This document shows, in pieces, positions 47,989 through 57,287 of a stretch of 64,000 nucleotides of DNA (position 1 is its first letter; the number at the start of each line of letters is the position of its first letter). The stretch is from NCBI GenBank assembly GCA_963752475.1, contig CAVVYR010000008.1:128001-192000 (forward strand), given 5' to 3'. The stretch comes from an uncultured Chloroflexia bacterium. GTDB taxonomy: Bacteria; Chloroflexota; Limnocylindria; Limnocylindrales; CSP1-4. Below the pieces are notes generated by a model. That model made no database searches and was not told the DNA's origin. It saw only the letters and a list, made by a program, of their open reading frames with translations. The position numbers were made by a program, and so were the translations under genes.

Positions 47989-48864
47989 ATGACCCAGGCC
48001 AAGCTCCCGTCATGGCGACCGGGACCCACGCGCGACCGGATCGAGATCCTTCTCGACGACGCCGAGACGATCCCCGTCGAGCGACGCGTGGCGGTCTTCG
48101 ATGTCGACGGCACCCTCTGGTGTGAGCGGCCGCACAACCCGCAGCTCCAGTTCCTCGTGGCCGAGCTCCGGTCGGCCCACGAGTCACGTCCCGAGTTGGC
48201 GCGGCGGCCCGAGTACCGTGCGGTGCTGGACTGGGATCGAGCGGCCATCGCCCGACTCGGAGCGGTGAACGTGATGCTGGCGCTCTCGGAGCTGCACGTT
48301 GGCCTGACGCCGGAGGAGTACGAGGCCCGCGTCGTGGCCTGGTTCGAGAGCAGCGCACACCCGGAGCTGCGCGTGCCCTGGTCCCAGACGCGCTATCGAC
48401 CCATGCTCGAGCTCATCGGCGAGCTGCGGGCTCGCCACTTCTCCGTGTACCTCGCGACCGGCATCGGCACGGAGTTCGTGCGCGTCATCAGCCAGCGCTT
48501 CTTCGGCGTCTCGCCCGAGGGCGTCGCCGGCGCACAGGTGGGCTATGAGCTGGAGCGCAGCTCCGGTGTGCCTCGGATGCTGCGGACCCGAGAGATCGTG
48601 GGCGACCCCAACGAGGGTGCGGCCAAGGTCGGCAACATCATCCGTGGCCTCGGCCGGCGTCCGATCCTCGCGGCCGGCAGCAACGCCGGTGACGCGCAGG
48701 TCTTGGAGTACACCGCGGCGACCGCGGGTCCATCGCTGGCGCTCCTGCTGCGCCACGATGACGTGGAGCGTGAGTACGCCTACGACGGCGGCGCATCTGC
48801 ACAGGCCGACAGGACCACGGTATCGATGAAGGACGACTGGTCCACGATCTTCGCCGACACCTAG
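47989..48864 (+). CDS. HAD-family hydrolase
   Basis: VFDVDGTLWCE, HDDVEREYAY, SMKDDW; RBS AAGGAG. Confidence 0.82.
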   Translation: MTQAKLPSWRPGPTRDRIEILLDDAETIPVERRVAVFDVDGTLWCERPHNPQLQFLVAELRSAHESRPELARRPEYRAVLDWDRAAIARLGAVNVMLALSELHVGLTPEEYEARVVAWFESSAHPELRVPWSQTRYRPMLELIGELRARHFSVYLATGIGTEFVRVISQRFFGVSPEGVAGAQVGYELERSSGVPRMLRTREIVGDPNEGAAKVGNIIRGLGRRPILAAGSNAGDAQVLEYTAATAGPSLALLLRHDDVEREYAYDGGASAQADRTTVSMKDDWSTIFADT

Positions 48865-48872
48865 GCATGAAG

Positions 48873-48902
48873 AAGCCGCCGGCGGTCGCCCACCGGCGGC
48901 TT
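48873..48902. terminator. Bidirectional intrinsic terminator
   Basis: AAGCCGCCGG-N10-CCGGCGGCTT between convergent genes. Confidence 0.7.
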
Positions 48903-48918
48903 TCCTGGGGCGTGCGGA

Positions 48919-49737
48919 CTACTCGGTCGCGGGGGTCTGCGATGCCTCCAGCGCGGCGATGCGGTCCTCGTGGTCGACCGCGGTGGCCTCGAGCACCTTG
49001 ATCCGATCACGCAACTTGTTGATGGTCAGATTGATACTGGCGATCTTCTCCGCCTGCGAGGCCGTCTCGAGCTCAAGCTCCGAGATGCGGCCCTTCATGC
49101 CGTCGACGTTGAGGCCCTTGGTCTTGTCCTGGAGCTTGACCACGTCCTTCTCGACCTGCGTCACGCGCTTGTCGAACTTGTTCACCGGGATCGAGGCAGT
49201 CGCCTCGGCAAGTGCCGCGACCTCGGCACTAGCCTCGTCGATCTGGGCCTGCAGGTCGCCGAGCGTAGCCACGAGGGTCTCGATGTCGCTCTCGGTGATG
49301 TCGACGGGGGCCTCGCCATAGACCAGCTGCACCGCGCCCTCGGCGTCGGCCAGGCTGAGCGCGCCCTCGTCGTCGATGGCCCAGGTCGCGGAGTCCTGCA
49401 GCAGTGGCAGGTAGGCGCCCTCGACGGCCATGGCGGTCTCTTCGCACATCTTCAGTGTTGAGCCGAACGGAGTCGGGAAGGTCAGCGCCTCGCCATCGAG
49501 CTCGTAGCTGCCGAAGAACGAGTTGCAGCCTGCGTTGCCCACGACCTCGCCGCCGCTGAGGAAGAGGGTGGCCTCGACCTCGGCCGGGACGGCATCGCCA
49601 GCCAACGTCGTAAGCGCCCACTCCACGCCCTCGGGCGTGATCTCGGCCTCGGCGTCCTGTGCCAGGGCTACGCCGGGCAGCGCGCCGAGGAGCATCGATG
49701 CGGCCAGTGCACCGATCAGCGACTTGCGTGTGTTCAT
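48919..49737 (-). CDS. Secreted META-domain protein with C-terminal coiled coil
   Basis: Signal peptide, GNAGCNSFFGSY...GSTLKMC, then about 120 aa of heptad repeats. Confidence 0.8.
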   Translation of the reverse strand: MNTRKSLIGALAASMLLGALPGVALAQDAEAEITPEGVEWALTTLAGDAVPAEVEATLFLSGGEVVGNAGCNSFFGSYELDGEALTFPTPFGSTLKMCEETAMAVEGAYLPLLQDSATWAIDDEGALSLADAEGAVQLVYGEAPVDITESDIETLVATLGDLQAQIDEASAEVAALAEATASIPVNKFDKRVTQVEKDVVKLQDKTKGLNVDGMKGRISELELETASQAEKIASINLTINKLRDRIKVLEATAVDHEDRIAALEASQTPATE

Positions 49738-49796
49738 CGTGGCGAGATCCTCCATGAGCGTCCGGCAGTGACGGTCCGAACACGTAGGAGACGATT

Positions 49797-50003
49797 GTGC
49801 CACCCCTCTCGACGCGGCGGCCCGGATCGAGTCGTAGGCGGTGGCGTGTGGTCGCGGACGCGGTCAGCAGTGACAGCCCACTCGGGACCAGCATCCTGAG
49901 CTACAGCCTCGGTGACACGGTCGGCATGTCCGTGCTCCGTCGCGGAGAGGAGATCGACCGCTCGGCTACGCTCGGCACGAGGCGGGCGGGCCCGATCGGC
50001 TGA
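49797..50003 (+). pseudogene. Possible remnant of a PDZ-domain C-terminus (HtrA-like)
   Basis: ILSYSLGDTVGMSVLRRGEEIDRSATLGTR resembles the end of HtrA PDZ domains; no upstream protease. Confidence 0.35.
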
Positions 50004-50034
50004 CCCCGGCTCCGTGTCCCGCTACGCTTATGCC

Positions 50035-51018
50035 ATGCAGTACCGACGACTTGGCAAGACTGGCTACGAGATCAGCGCCATCGGTTTCGGCGCGTGGGCC
50101 ATCGGGGCTGACTGGGGGACCGTCGACGACAAGGACTCCCTGGCCGCCCTCCACGCTGCCGCCGATGCCGGAATCAACTTCATCGACACCGCCGACGTCT
50201 ACGGCGACGGCCGCTCCGAGCGGGTCATCGCGGGCTTCCTGAAGGAGCGTGCGGGCGAGCGCATCTACGTGGCCACCAAGATGGGCCGCCGCGTGGAGCA
50301 GAAGCTGGAGAACTACACGCCCGAGGCCTTCGCGGCCTGGACCCAGCGCTCGCGCGACAACCTCGACACCGAGACGCTGGACCTGGTCCAGCTGCATTGC
50401 CCGCCCTTCGACGTCTACTACACGCCCGAGCTGTTCGCAGCCTGCGACGAGATGGTCGAGGAGGGTGTCATGCGCCACTACGGCGTGAGCGTGGAGAAGA
50501 TCGAGCAGGCCCAGAAGGCCATGGAGTACCCCGGCACCGCATCGGTGCAGATCATCTTCAACATGGTCCGGCAGCGTCCGGCCGACCGCTTCCTGGGCGA
50601 GGCCCTGGCCAACGATGTGGGCGTGCTCGCGCGCGTGCCCCTGGCCTCGGGCCTGCTCACCGGCAAGTACGACGCAGCCAGCACCTTCGCCGAGAACGAC
50701 CACCGCAACTACAACCGCCACGGTGCCGCTTTCGACGTGGGTGAGACGTTCGCGGGCCTCGACTACGACGCGGGCCTGGAGTTCGTCGCGGCTGTGCAGG
50801 GGCTGGTGCCCGATGGTGCTACCACCGCGCAGCTGGCACTCCGCTGGATCCTGATGCACGAGGGCGTGACCGCGGCCATCCCCGGGGCCAAGAACCCCGA
50901 GCAGGCACAGGGCAACGCCGCTGCCGCCGACCTGCCGGCCCTCGACGAGCCCACGATGACGCGCATCCGAGAGCTCTACGAGCAGCTGGCCAAGCCGCTG
51001 GTGCACCAGCGCTGGTGA
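50035..51018 (+). CDS. Aldo/keto reductase
   Basis: IGFGAWAIG, DTADVYGDG, DLVQLH, RVPLASGLLTG, IPGAKN. Confidence 0.92.
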   Translation: MQYRRLGKTGYEISAIGFGAWAIGADWGTVDDKDSLAALHAAADAGINFIDTADVYGDGRSERVIAGFLKERAGERIYVATKMGRRVEQKLENYTPEAFAAWTQRSRDNLDTETLDLVQLHCPPFDVYYTPELFAACDEMVEEGVMRHYGVSVEKIEQAQKAMEYPGTASVQIIFNMVRQRPADRFLGEALANDVGVLARVPLASGLLTGKYDAASTFAENDHRNYNRHGAAFDVGETFAGLDYDAGLEFVAAVQGLVPDGATTAQLALRWILMHEGVTAAIPGAKNPEQAQGNAAAADLPALDEPTMTRIRELYEQLAKPLVHQRW

Positions 51019-51106
51019 GACGCGACCCACGCGGTGGCACGCGGCGGTTCATGCGCGCCCATCGCCTGTAACCTAGCACCGCCCAAGACCAGACTGAAGG
51101 AAGCCC

Positions 51107-52783
51107 TTGTCTACGCACGCCCATGAATCGACGCTGCAGGAGATGGACCCTGCGCTCTCCCTGCCCCACCGGCGGAAGATGGAGATCCTCTTCGCGGTCC
51201 TGCTCGTGGTCTTCCTCTCGGCCCTCGATCAGACCATCGTGGGTGTGGCCCTGCCGCGCATCGTGGGCGAGCTCGGCGGCACCAACGAGCTCTACACCTG
51301 GGTCATCACCAGCTACCTGCTGACGGCAACCATCACCGGCGTCTTCTACGGCAAGCTCAGCGATATCTACGGCCGCCGGCTGATGCTGCTCTTCGGCGTC
51401 AGCGTCTTCCTGCTGGGCTCGGTCCTCTGCGGCATCTCCTGGAACGTCGAGAGCCTCGTCATCTTCCGTGGTGTTCAGGGCATCGGCGCCGGCGCCATCT
51501 TCCCCATCGCGCTGGCGGTCATCGGCGACCTCTTCGGACCACGCGAGCGCGGTCGCTACCAGGGTCTCTTCGGCGCCGTCTTCGGCATCGCGGCCGTGCT
51601 GGGCCCCTTCCTCGGTGGCTTCATCACCGATAGCCTCGGCTGGCACTGGATCTTCTTCGTCAACCTTCCGGTGGGCATCGTCACGCTCTATATCGTGTGG
51701 CGCTACCTGCCTTCGGTCCATGGCGAGGCGACCACCTCGGTGCGCAACCTCGACTTCCTCGGCGCCCTGGTCTTCGCCATCGCCGTGGTCTTCCTGCTGG
51801 TCGGCCTGACGAACAAGCAGTCGGGTGCGTGGACCGACTTCTCGGTCGGCGGCTTCATCTTCATCGCCGCCGTGTTGACGCCCATCTTCATCTTCATCGA
51901 GGCGCGAGCCAAGGAGCCCATCGTGCCGCCCCAGCTCTTCGGCATCCGCAACTTCGCGGTCACCATCATGGCTGTCTTCGTGACATCCATCGCGTTCTTC
52001 GGGGCCATCGTCTTCCTGCCGCGCTGGTTCCAGTTCGTGCAGGAGGTCAGCCCCACGGAGTCGGGCCTTTACTTGTTGCCGCTGACCTTCGGCGTCATCA
52101 TCAGCTCAGTCGGTGGCGGCATCATCGTGAGCAAGACCGGCCGCTACAAGTGGCTGCTGGTGGGTTCGCTGGTGCTGCTTGCGAGTGGCCTGTACCTCTC
52201 GACGCGCCTGACAGCGACCACTGATCTGCCCGTGCTCTGGGTCTGGATGTTCATCAGCGGCCTCGGTGTCGGCCCCACCCTCAGCGTCTTCACCATCGTG
52301 GTGCAGGCATCGGTGCCGTTCAGCCGACTGGGTGTCGCTACGGGCAACCTGACCTTCTTCCGCCAGATCGGCGCGTCGGTCGGCCTGGCCTTGGTGGGCA
52401 CGGTCTTCGCGGACTCGTTCTCCGAGCGACTGACGCCCGAGCTCGTCCGCGCCGGCGTGCCCGAGCGGATGGCAGGGATGGTGGAGGAGTTCACGACCTC
52501 GGGCGGTGGCGACCTGACACAGGTCAGCGAGGCCTCGCTCGGCGAGCAGCTGGCCCTCGTGCCGCAGCTCGAGGGCATCGTCGAGCAGCTGGTGGCCGGG
52601 ATCTACGCCGCCTTCTCGCTGGCTATCGCCGATACGTTCTGGATCGGCCTGGTGGTAACGCTGGCGGCGCTTGCGCTCGTCACGCTCGGACTGCAGGACA
52701 AGCCCATCCGCCACCTGGCCGAAGGGGCCCCGTACGACGCCAGGGACACCGACGGCGAAGTTGCGCCACCGACGGTAGCCTGA
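51107..52783 (+). CDS. DHA2/MDR-family MFS efflux transporter
   Basis: ALDQTIV, GKLSDIYGRR, WIFFVNLPVG; about 14 TM segments. Confidence 0.92.
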   Translation: MSTHAHESTLQEMDPALSLPHRRKMEILFAVLLVVFLSALDQTIVGVALPRIVGELGGTNELYTWVITSYLLTATITGVFYGKLSDIYGRRLMLLFGVSVFLLGSVLCGISWNVESLVIFRGVQGIGAGAIFPIALAVIGDLFGPRERGRYQGLFGAVFGIAAVLGPFLGGFITDSLGWHWIFFVNLPVGIVTLYIVWRYLPSVHGEATTSVRNLDFLGALVFAIAVVFLLVGLTNKQSGAWTDFSVGGFIFIAAVLTPIFIFIEARAKEPIVPPQLFGIRNFAVTIMAVFVTSIAFFGAIVFLPRWFQFVQEVSPTESGLYLLPLTFGVIISSVGGGIIVSKTGRYKWLLVGSLVLLASGLYLSTRLTATTDLPVLWVWMFISGLGVGPTLSVFTIVVQASVPFSRLGVATGNLTFFRQIGASVGLALVGTVFADSFSERLTPELVRAGVPERMAGMVEEFTTSGGGDLTQVSEASLGEQLALVPQLEGIVEQLVAGIYAAFSLAIADTFWIGLVVTLAALALVTLGLQDKPIRHLAEGAPYDARDTDGEVAPPTVA

Positions 52784-52837
52784 GGGCCACACCACCGCTC
52801 CTCGCGTAGCCATCGCAACTCCGAAGGGGGTTCTCCC

Positions 52838-53725
52838 ATGAAAGTCGGACTCATCACGCCCCAGGGCTGGAAGCTCGAGTACAAGGGCTGGGACCCGGCC
52901 CGGGCTTGGTCCAACACCGTCGAGCTCGCCAAGCAGGCCGAGGAGCTGGGCTTCGAGTCGCTCTGGGCCTTCGACCACTTCACCACCGTCCCCGAGCCTG
53001 AAGACGAGATGACGCTCGAGTCCTTCACGCACCTCTCGGCCATCGCCATGGCCACCGAGAACGTGCGCCTGGGCCACATGGTCATCTGCACCGCCTTCCG
53101 CAACCCGGCCCTGACGGCCAAGCTGGCCTCGACCCTCGACGTCATCAGCGATGGTCGCTTCGAGATCGGCATCGGCGCCGGCTGGAAGGAAGATGAGTGG
53201 ATCGCCTACGGCTACGGCTTCCCGCCCATCGGCGAGCGCATCAGCACCTTCGAGGAGCACCTCGAGGTCATCACGCGCATGATCGCGCCCGGTCACGCCA
53301 CATACGAGGGTGAGCGGGTCCACGTCATCGATGCCATCAACGAACCGCGCAGCATCCAGGAGAAGATCCCGCTCATCGTCGGTGGCAACGGCCGGAAGCG
53401 CACTGCCGGCCTGGCCGTGAAGTTCGCCGACGAGCTCAACTGGGTCTTCCAGTCGCCGGCTTTCGTGGCCGAGCGCATGCCGGAGGTCAAGGCCATGTGC
53501 GAGGCCGCCGGTCGCGATCCGGCGACGCTGCGCTTCTCGATGTACACGTATGACGAGGACTTCGCCGAGGCGGGCCAGGCGCGCGTGGACCTGCTCGGCG
53601 AGTTCAACGAGAGTGGGCTCGACCGCCTCGTCTGCTTCCCGACCAAGTACGACCCCTCCCTCGAGGCCCAGGCCGCATTCGCCGAAGACGTGAAGGCCGC
53701 AGGCATCGCCCTCGACGGGGCCTAG
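52838..53725 (+). CDS. LLM-class (probably F420-dependent) oxidoreductase
   Basis: WAFDHF, RNPALTAK, LDVISDGR, GIGAGW, VGGNG. Confidence 0.85.
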   Translation: MKVGLITPQGWKLEYKGWDPARAWSNTVELAKQAEELGFESLWAFDHFTTVPEPEDEMTLESFTHLSAIAMATENVRLGHMVICTAFRNPALTAKLASTLDVISDGRFEIGIGAGWKEDEWIAYGYGFPPIGERISTFEEHLEVITRMIAPGHATYEGERVHVIDAINEPRSIQEKIPLIVGGNGRKRTAGLAVKFADELNWVFQSPAFVAERMPEVKAMCEAAGRDPATLRFSMYTYDEDFAEAGQARVDLLGEFNESGLDRLVCFPTKYDPSLEAQAAFAEDVKAAGIALDGA

Positions 53726-53732
53726 CCGACCG

Positions 53733-54699
53733 ATGGGGCGTGCAATAGCGGCGCTGGCGCTGGCGCTCGTCACAGGCCTGGTCTGGTCCGGGGGTGCCGC
53801 CGTGGCGCAGGAGGCGGAGGGCCCGACCGTGGTGGCCCAGTCCGACGATGATCCCGGCGTGCGCGCCTCGTTGACCTTCCCCGCCGGTTGGCGCCAGGAG
53901 GCTAAGGGCGACCAGGCATCCCGACGTTTCATCAACGCCGTCGAGGTCGACGAGCGGTGCGAGTTCGGCGCCCGCCGGTCGGATTTCCCGGACCTCATCA
54001 CCGATGTCGACGACTTCGAGGTCACGCTGGCGCCGGGCTCGGGTTACATCTTCATCGAGCGCGAATCGCTCGAGCTGCCCGCCGGACCGGCCGAACGGAT
54101 CGACTTCGCTGGCAACGAGGACGGCGGCCGCTGGTCGGTGTACTCGGTCTGGGAAGACGGCTTCGTACACGAGCTGTGGTGTCGTGGCGACGAGTTGCCC
54201 GAGGATCGTTGGCTACCGATCGCGCAGACCTTGGACCTCACCATAGAGGGCGAGGGCACGCCATTCGACCCCGCCGTCAGCCGACCCGATGCCGGCGTGG
54301 CCATGGCCTTTCCCGAGAAATGGCATGTCCGTGGCAGCTCCACCAACCAGGGCCTGCTCTATGCCACCAGCGACGACCGCCGTCTGTGCGCTCAGTGACT
54401 ACAGCGCGGTCCCCGCAGCTGAGGCTTGGGACACCGTGGATGGCATGCACGACGAGTACGTGGCCACTGCTGGTTCCCGCGACGACCTCAGCGTCAACGA
54501 GACCGACTACCTCGACCTCGCCGCCGGCCGCACCGGCTTCGCCGACATCAGCTTCGACGACGGCACACGGGCGATCCGTTACTCGTTCGCCGACCCATCC
54601 GGCGAGACGCTGCTGGCGCTGTTCTGCGTCGGCGACCCGACGCCCGCGGACCGCTACCTGCCCCTGGCCGAGTCGCTGGAGTGGCTGGCGTCGGACTGA
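53733..54699 (+). pseudogene. Secreted protein with two tandem ~150-aa unknown domains, frameshift near 54378
   Basis: ORFs 53733..54398 and 54289..54699 join. Both halves share FPxxW...C...LxLxAG...Y...C...P.DR[WY]LP[IL]A..L. Confidence 0.65.
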
Positions 54700-54720
54700 G
54701 GCCGATACGACCAGCTCGGC

Positions 54721-55149
54721 TCAGCTGCCGAGCCTGAGCCAGGACAATCCCGCGAAACGACCGAAGTCGGCGTCGAAGGTGACGAGTTCGGCGGCGTGCT
54801 CGATGGCCAGTGCCGCCAGGTGCGCATCACTCACGAGGTTGCCGGCCGTCCCGGCAGCCACGAGCAGGCCGGCGAGCACATCCAGATGACGGGCGGTGGG
54901 CTCGACGATGACTGCCGACGGCTGCGACAGCCACGCTCGGCAGGTCTCGATCGCCTCTTCGGCGGTGAGCGGCCGCTCGAACACCGCCCGGTGTGTGCTG
55001 ATGCGCAGGAAGGCGAGTACGACACCCCAACCGAAGCCCACCGTGACCGGCTGCGCCAGAGCGTCATCCAGCCACTCGCGTGCGACCGCGTGATGCGCCG
55101 AATCGGAGTTCACCGCGTAGAGCAGCACGTTGGCGTCGACGATTCGCAC
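54721..55149 (-). CDS. vapC: VapC-family PIN-domain toxin
   Basis: VDANVLLYA, SDAHLAALAIEH, TFDADF. Confidence 0.9.
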   Translation of the reverse strand: MRIVDANVLLYAVNSDSAHHAVAREWLDDALAQPVTVGFGWGVVLAFLRISTHRAVFERPLTAEEAIETCRAWLSQPSAVIVEPTARHLDVLAGLLVAAGTAGNLVSDAHLAALAIEHAAELVTFDADFGRFAGLSWLRLGS

Positions 55150-55155
55150 GACCAG

Positions 55156-55410
55156 CTACTTGCGAAGCTCGAGCTTGCGCCTGATCTCCTCGTCCTCGAG
55201 ATCGGCGGCCAGACGCAGGGCCTTGTCGATCGATGCCGATGAGGCGCCCATGGCATACGTCGGGGTGCTGAACGGCGGCCGCTCGGCGCGCGGACCAAGG
55301 CCTGCTCGGATGGCCGCGTTGAGGGCCTCTTTGAAGCTCAGTCCTCGCTCGCGCATGAGCCTGCGCACAGCAGCGTCGGTATCGGCCTCGAGCGTGACGG
55401 TCGTTCGCAT
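55156..55410 (-). CDS. vapB: VapB-type antitoxin
   Basis: MRTTVTL...SFKEALNAAIRAGL...LEDEE, directly upstream of the PIN toxin. Confidence 0.85.
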   Translation of the reverse strand: MRTTVTLEADTDAAVRRLMRERGLSFKEALNAAIRAGLGPRAERPPFSTPTYAMGASSASIDKALRLAADLEDEEIRRKLELRK

Positions 55411-55416
55411 GGCGGC

Positions 55417-55444
55417 ATCATAGCATCAACTATGGTTACATCAA
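55417..55444 (-). promoter_or_regulatory. Leaderless vapBC promoter TTGATG-N16-TATGAT with GATG repeats
   Basis: -10 lies 6 nt before the ATG; repeated (T)GATG may be the operator. Confidence 0.55.
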
Positions 55445-55448
55445 CACA

Positions 55449-56201
55449 TCACCCCTCGGCCCGCCGAGCTTCGGCCACCAGTCGTTCGAGGCGCGCACGA
55501 TGGGCGCCGCGCCAGTAGTCACGCCCGCAATCAGGACAGGTACGGAACCGGTCATAGGTCCGGCGCGTCCCGGGCGGCAGACGGTCTTCGATGTCGGCCT
55601 TGGCTACTGCTCGCAGCAGGCCATTGCAGGCGGGACAGCGCGTGAACGGCTCCAGGCATCGGCTCAGCTGGAAGCGCCGCACTACCTCCGCCAGCTGCTC
55701 GTCGGGCCGATCCGAGCGCAGCAGGTAGCCGTGCGTGACCGCGCGCCGACGGAGCAGGAATCGATCGCGCGTGAGCAGGATGCGCTGGTCGCGCTGGGAG
55801 ATCTCCACCAGGTCACCGTCATCGGCCTCAGCCGGATAGAGGCTGTCGAAGCCGAGCAGGCGCAAGCGCCGCGCCAGCGCCCCCAGGTGGCCATCGAGCA
55901 CGAAGCGCGTCTCCCGCAGCGGCTCCGGCCGTAGCCGCACCAGGGGCCGCACGTCGAAGGACTCGAAGACCGGGTAGACGCTGACCCGCTCCCCGGCCGA
56001 GGGTCGGTGGTCCCAGGCGACCGAGCGGCCATCGACGAGGACGACCTCGACCTCCGTGTGGGGTACGCCGTAGGACTCGACCAGGTCCTTGACCGACTGC
56101 GTTTCGATCAGGCGCTGGCTGATGCGGCCACCGCGGTGCTGCCGTGGAAGGAGGTCACACAGCTCGGCGTAGAAGCGGAGCTCGAGGCGCTCGTCGGCCA
56201 C
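55449..56201 (-). CDS. Mut7-C ubiquitin-like/RNase domain protein
   Basis: ESYGVPHTEV, FVLDGHLGALARRLRLLGFD, LLTRDR, RCPACNG, CPDCGRDYWRGAH. Confidence 0.9.
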   Translation of the reverse strand: MADERLELRFYAELCDLLPRQHRGGRISQRLIETQSVKDLVESYGVPHTEVEVVLVDGRSVAWDHRPSAGERVSVYPVFESFDVRPLVRLRPEPLRETRFVLDGHLGALARRLRLLGFDSLYPAEADDGDLVEISQRDQRILLTRDRFLLRRRAVTHGYLLRSDRPDEQLAEVVRRFQLSRCLEPFTRCPACNGLLRAVAKADIEDRLPPGTRRTYDRFRTCPDCGRDYWRGAHRARLERLVAEARRAEG

Positions 56202-56219
56202 GGAGCCAGCCTCCCCGCT

Positions 56220-57287
56220 TCAGGCAGCGGCCACGACCTGCTGGGTCATGCGTCGCGAGACCAGCACGACCGCCGGCACCAGCGCCGCACAGATGGCCAG
56301 CGCCACCGTCAGCTGGCCGATGACGTCAGCCAGGCCCGCGTCCTGGACGGCCACCTCGAAGATGGGGTCGATGATCCAGTAGGTCGGGAAGATCTGGGCG
56401 ATCCACTGCGGCCAATCGGGGAAGATGTAGAAGATCACCGGCGCGAAGAGCAGGATGTTGACCGACTTCATCAACGCGAAGAGCGTCTTGGAGTCCTTGG
56501 CCGCACCGCCGAAGAGCAACCCGATCTCGGCCAGCATGAGGGCCCCGATGAGCACGCTCAGCAGCAGGGCTGCGGGCTGGGTGCCGAGGGCGTCGTTGAG
56601 CCAGAGCGTCACCAGCGTCATGAGGAAGGCCAGCACCAGGCCCATCGCGGCCTTGGCCGCGAGCACATCCACACCGCGGGCGGGAGAGACCAGCAGGGCC
56701 GTCATGGTGCCGTTCTCACGTTCCTGGACGATGCTGAAGGCGGGCACGAAGACACCCGCGATGAGCAGAGCGAAGAGCACCAGCAGCGGCGTCATGCGGC
56801 TGGACATGGGCAATAGCGGTTCACCCGTGGAGACCACCTCCACGTCCACCGGAGGCGTGGCGCCCTCGACCGCGCGCACCGCGTCGAGCGTGGTCACGGC
56901 CAGGATGAGCCGATTCGAAGCCAGCGACTCACCGCCCACGAAGAACTGCAGCTCCGGCTGCTCGCCGGCCCGCACGGCCTCGTCGAAGCCGGCCGGCAGG
57001 ACGAGACCGGCATCGAGGTCGTTCTCGCCGACAAGCGCCGTGAGGGCAGCCTCATCCGTCACGAAGCTGGTCTCGATGCCCTCGACCGCGGTCATCTCGA
57101 CGGCCACTTGCGAGCCACCTTCATCGACGATGCCCAGCCGTGGTTGCGGTGCGAAGAGTGAGCCGAAGACGATCTGGACCACGAACGTGCCCACGACCGG
57201 GAAGACGATGGCCCACAACAAGATGGGTGAGCGTGGACCCAGGCGCAAGTCCTTCTTCAGGACCTCCCAGGCTATGCGGAGGTTCAT
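56220..57287 (-). CDS. ABC-2 type exporter permease
   Basis: N-terminal TM, extracytoplasmic domain, QERENGT.ALLVSP, 5 C-terminal TM segments. Confidence 0.85.
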   Translation of the reverse strand: MNLRIAWEVLKKDLRLGPRSPILLWAIVFPVVGTFVVQIVFGSLFAPQPRLGIVDEGGSQVAVEMTAVEGIETSFVTDEAALTALVGENDLDAGLVLPAGFDEAVRAGEQPELQFFVGGESLASNRLILAVTTLDAVRAVEGATPPVDVEVVSTGEPLLPMSSRMTPLLVLFALLIAGVFVPAFSIVQERENGTMTALLVSPARGVDVLAAKAAMGLVLAFLMTLVTLWLNDALGTQPAALLLSVLIGALMLAEIGLLFGGAAKDSKTLFALMKSVNILLFAPVIFYIFPDWPQWIAQIFPTYWIIDPIFEVAVQDAGLADVIGQLTVALAICAALVPAVVLVSRRMTQQVVAAA

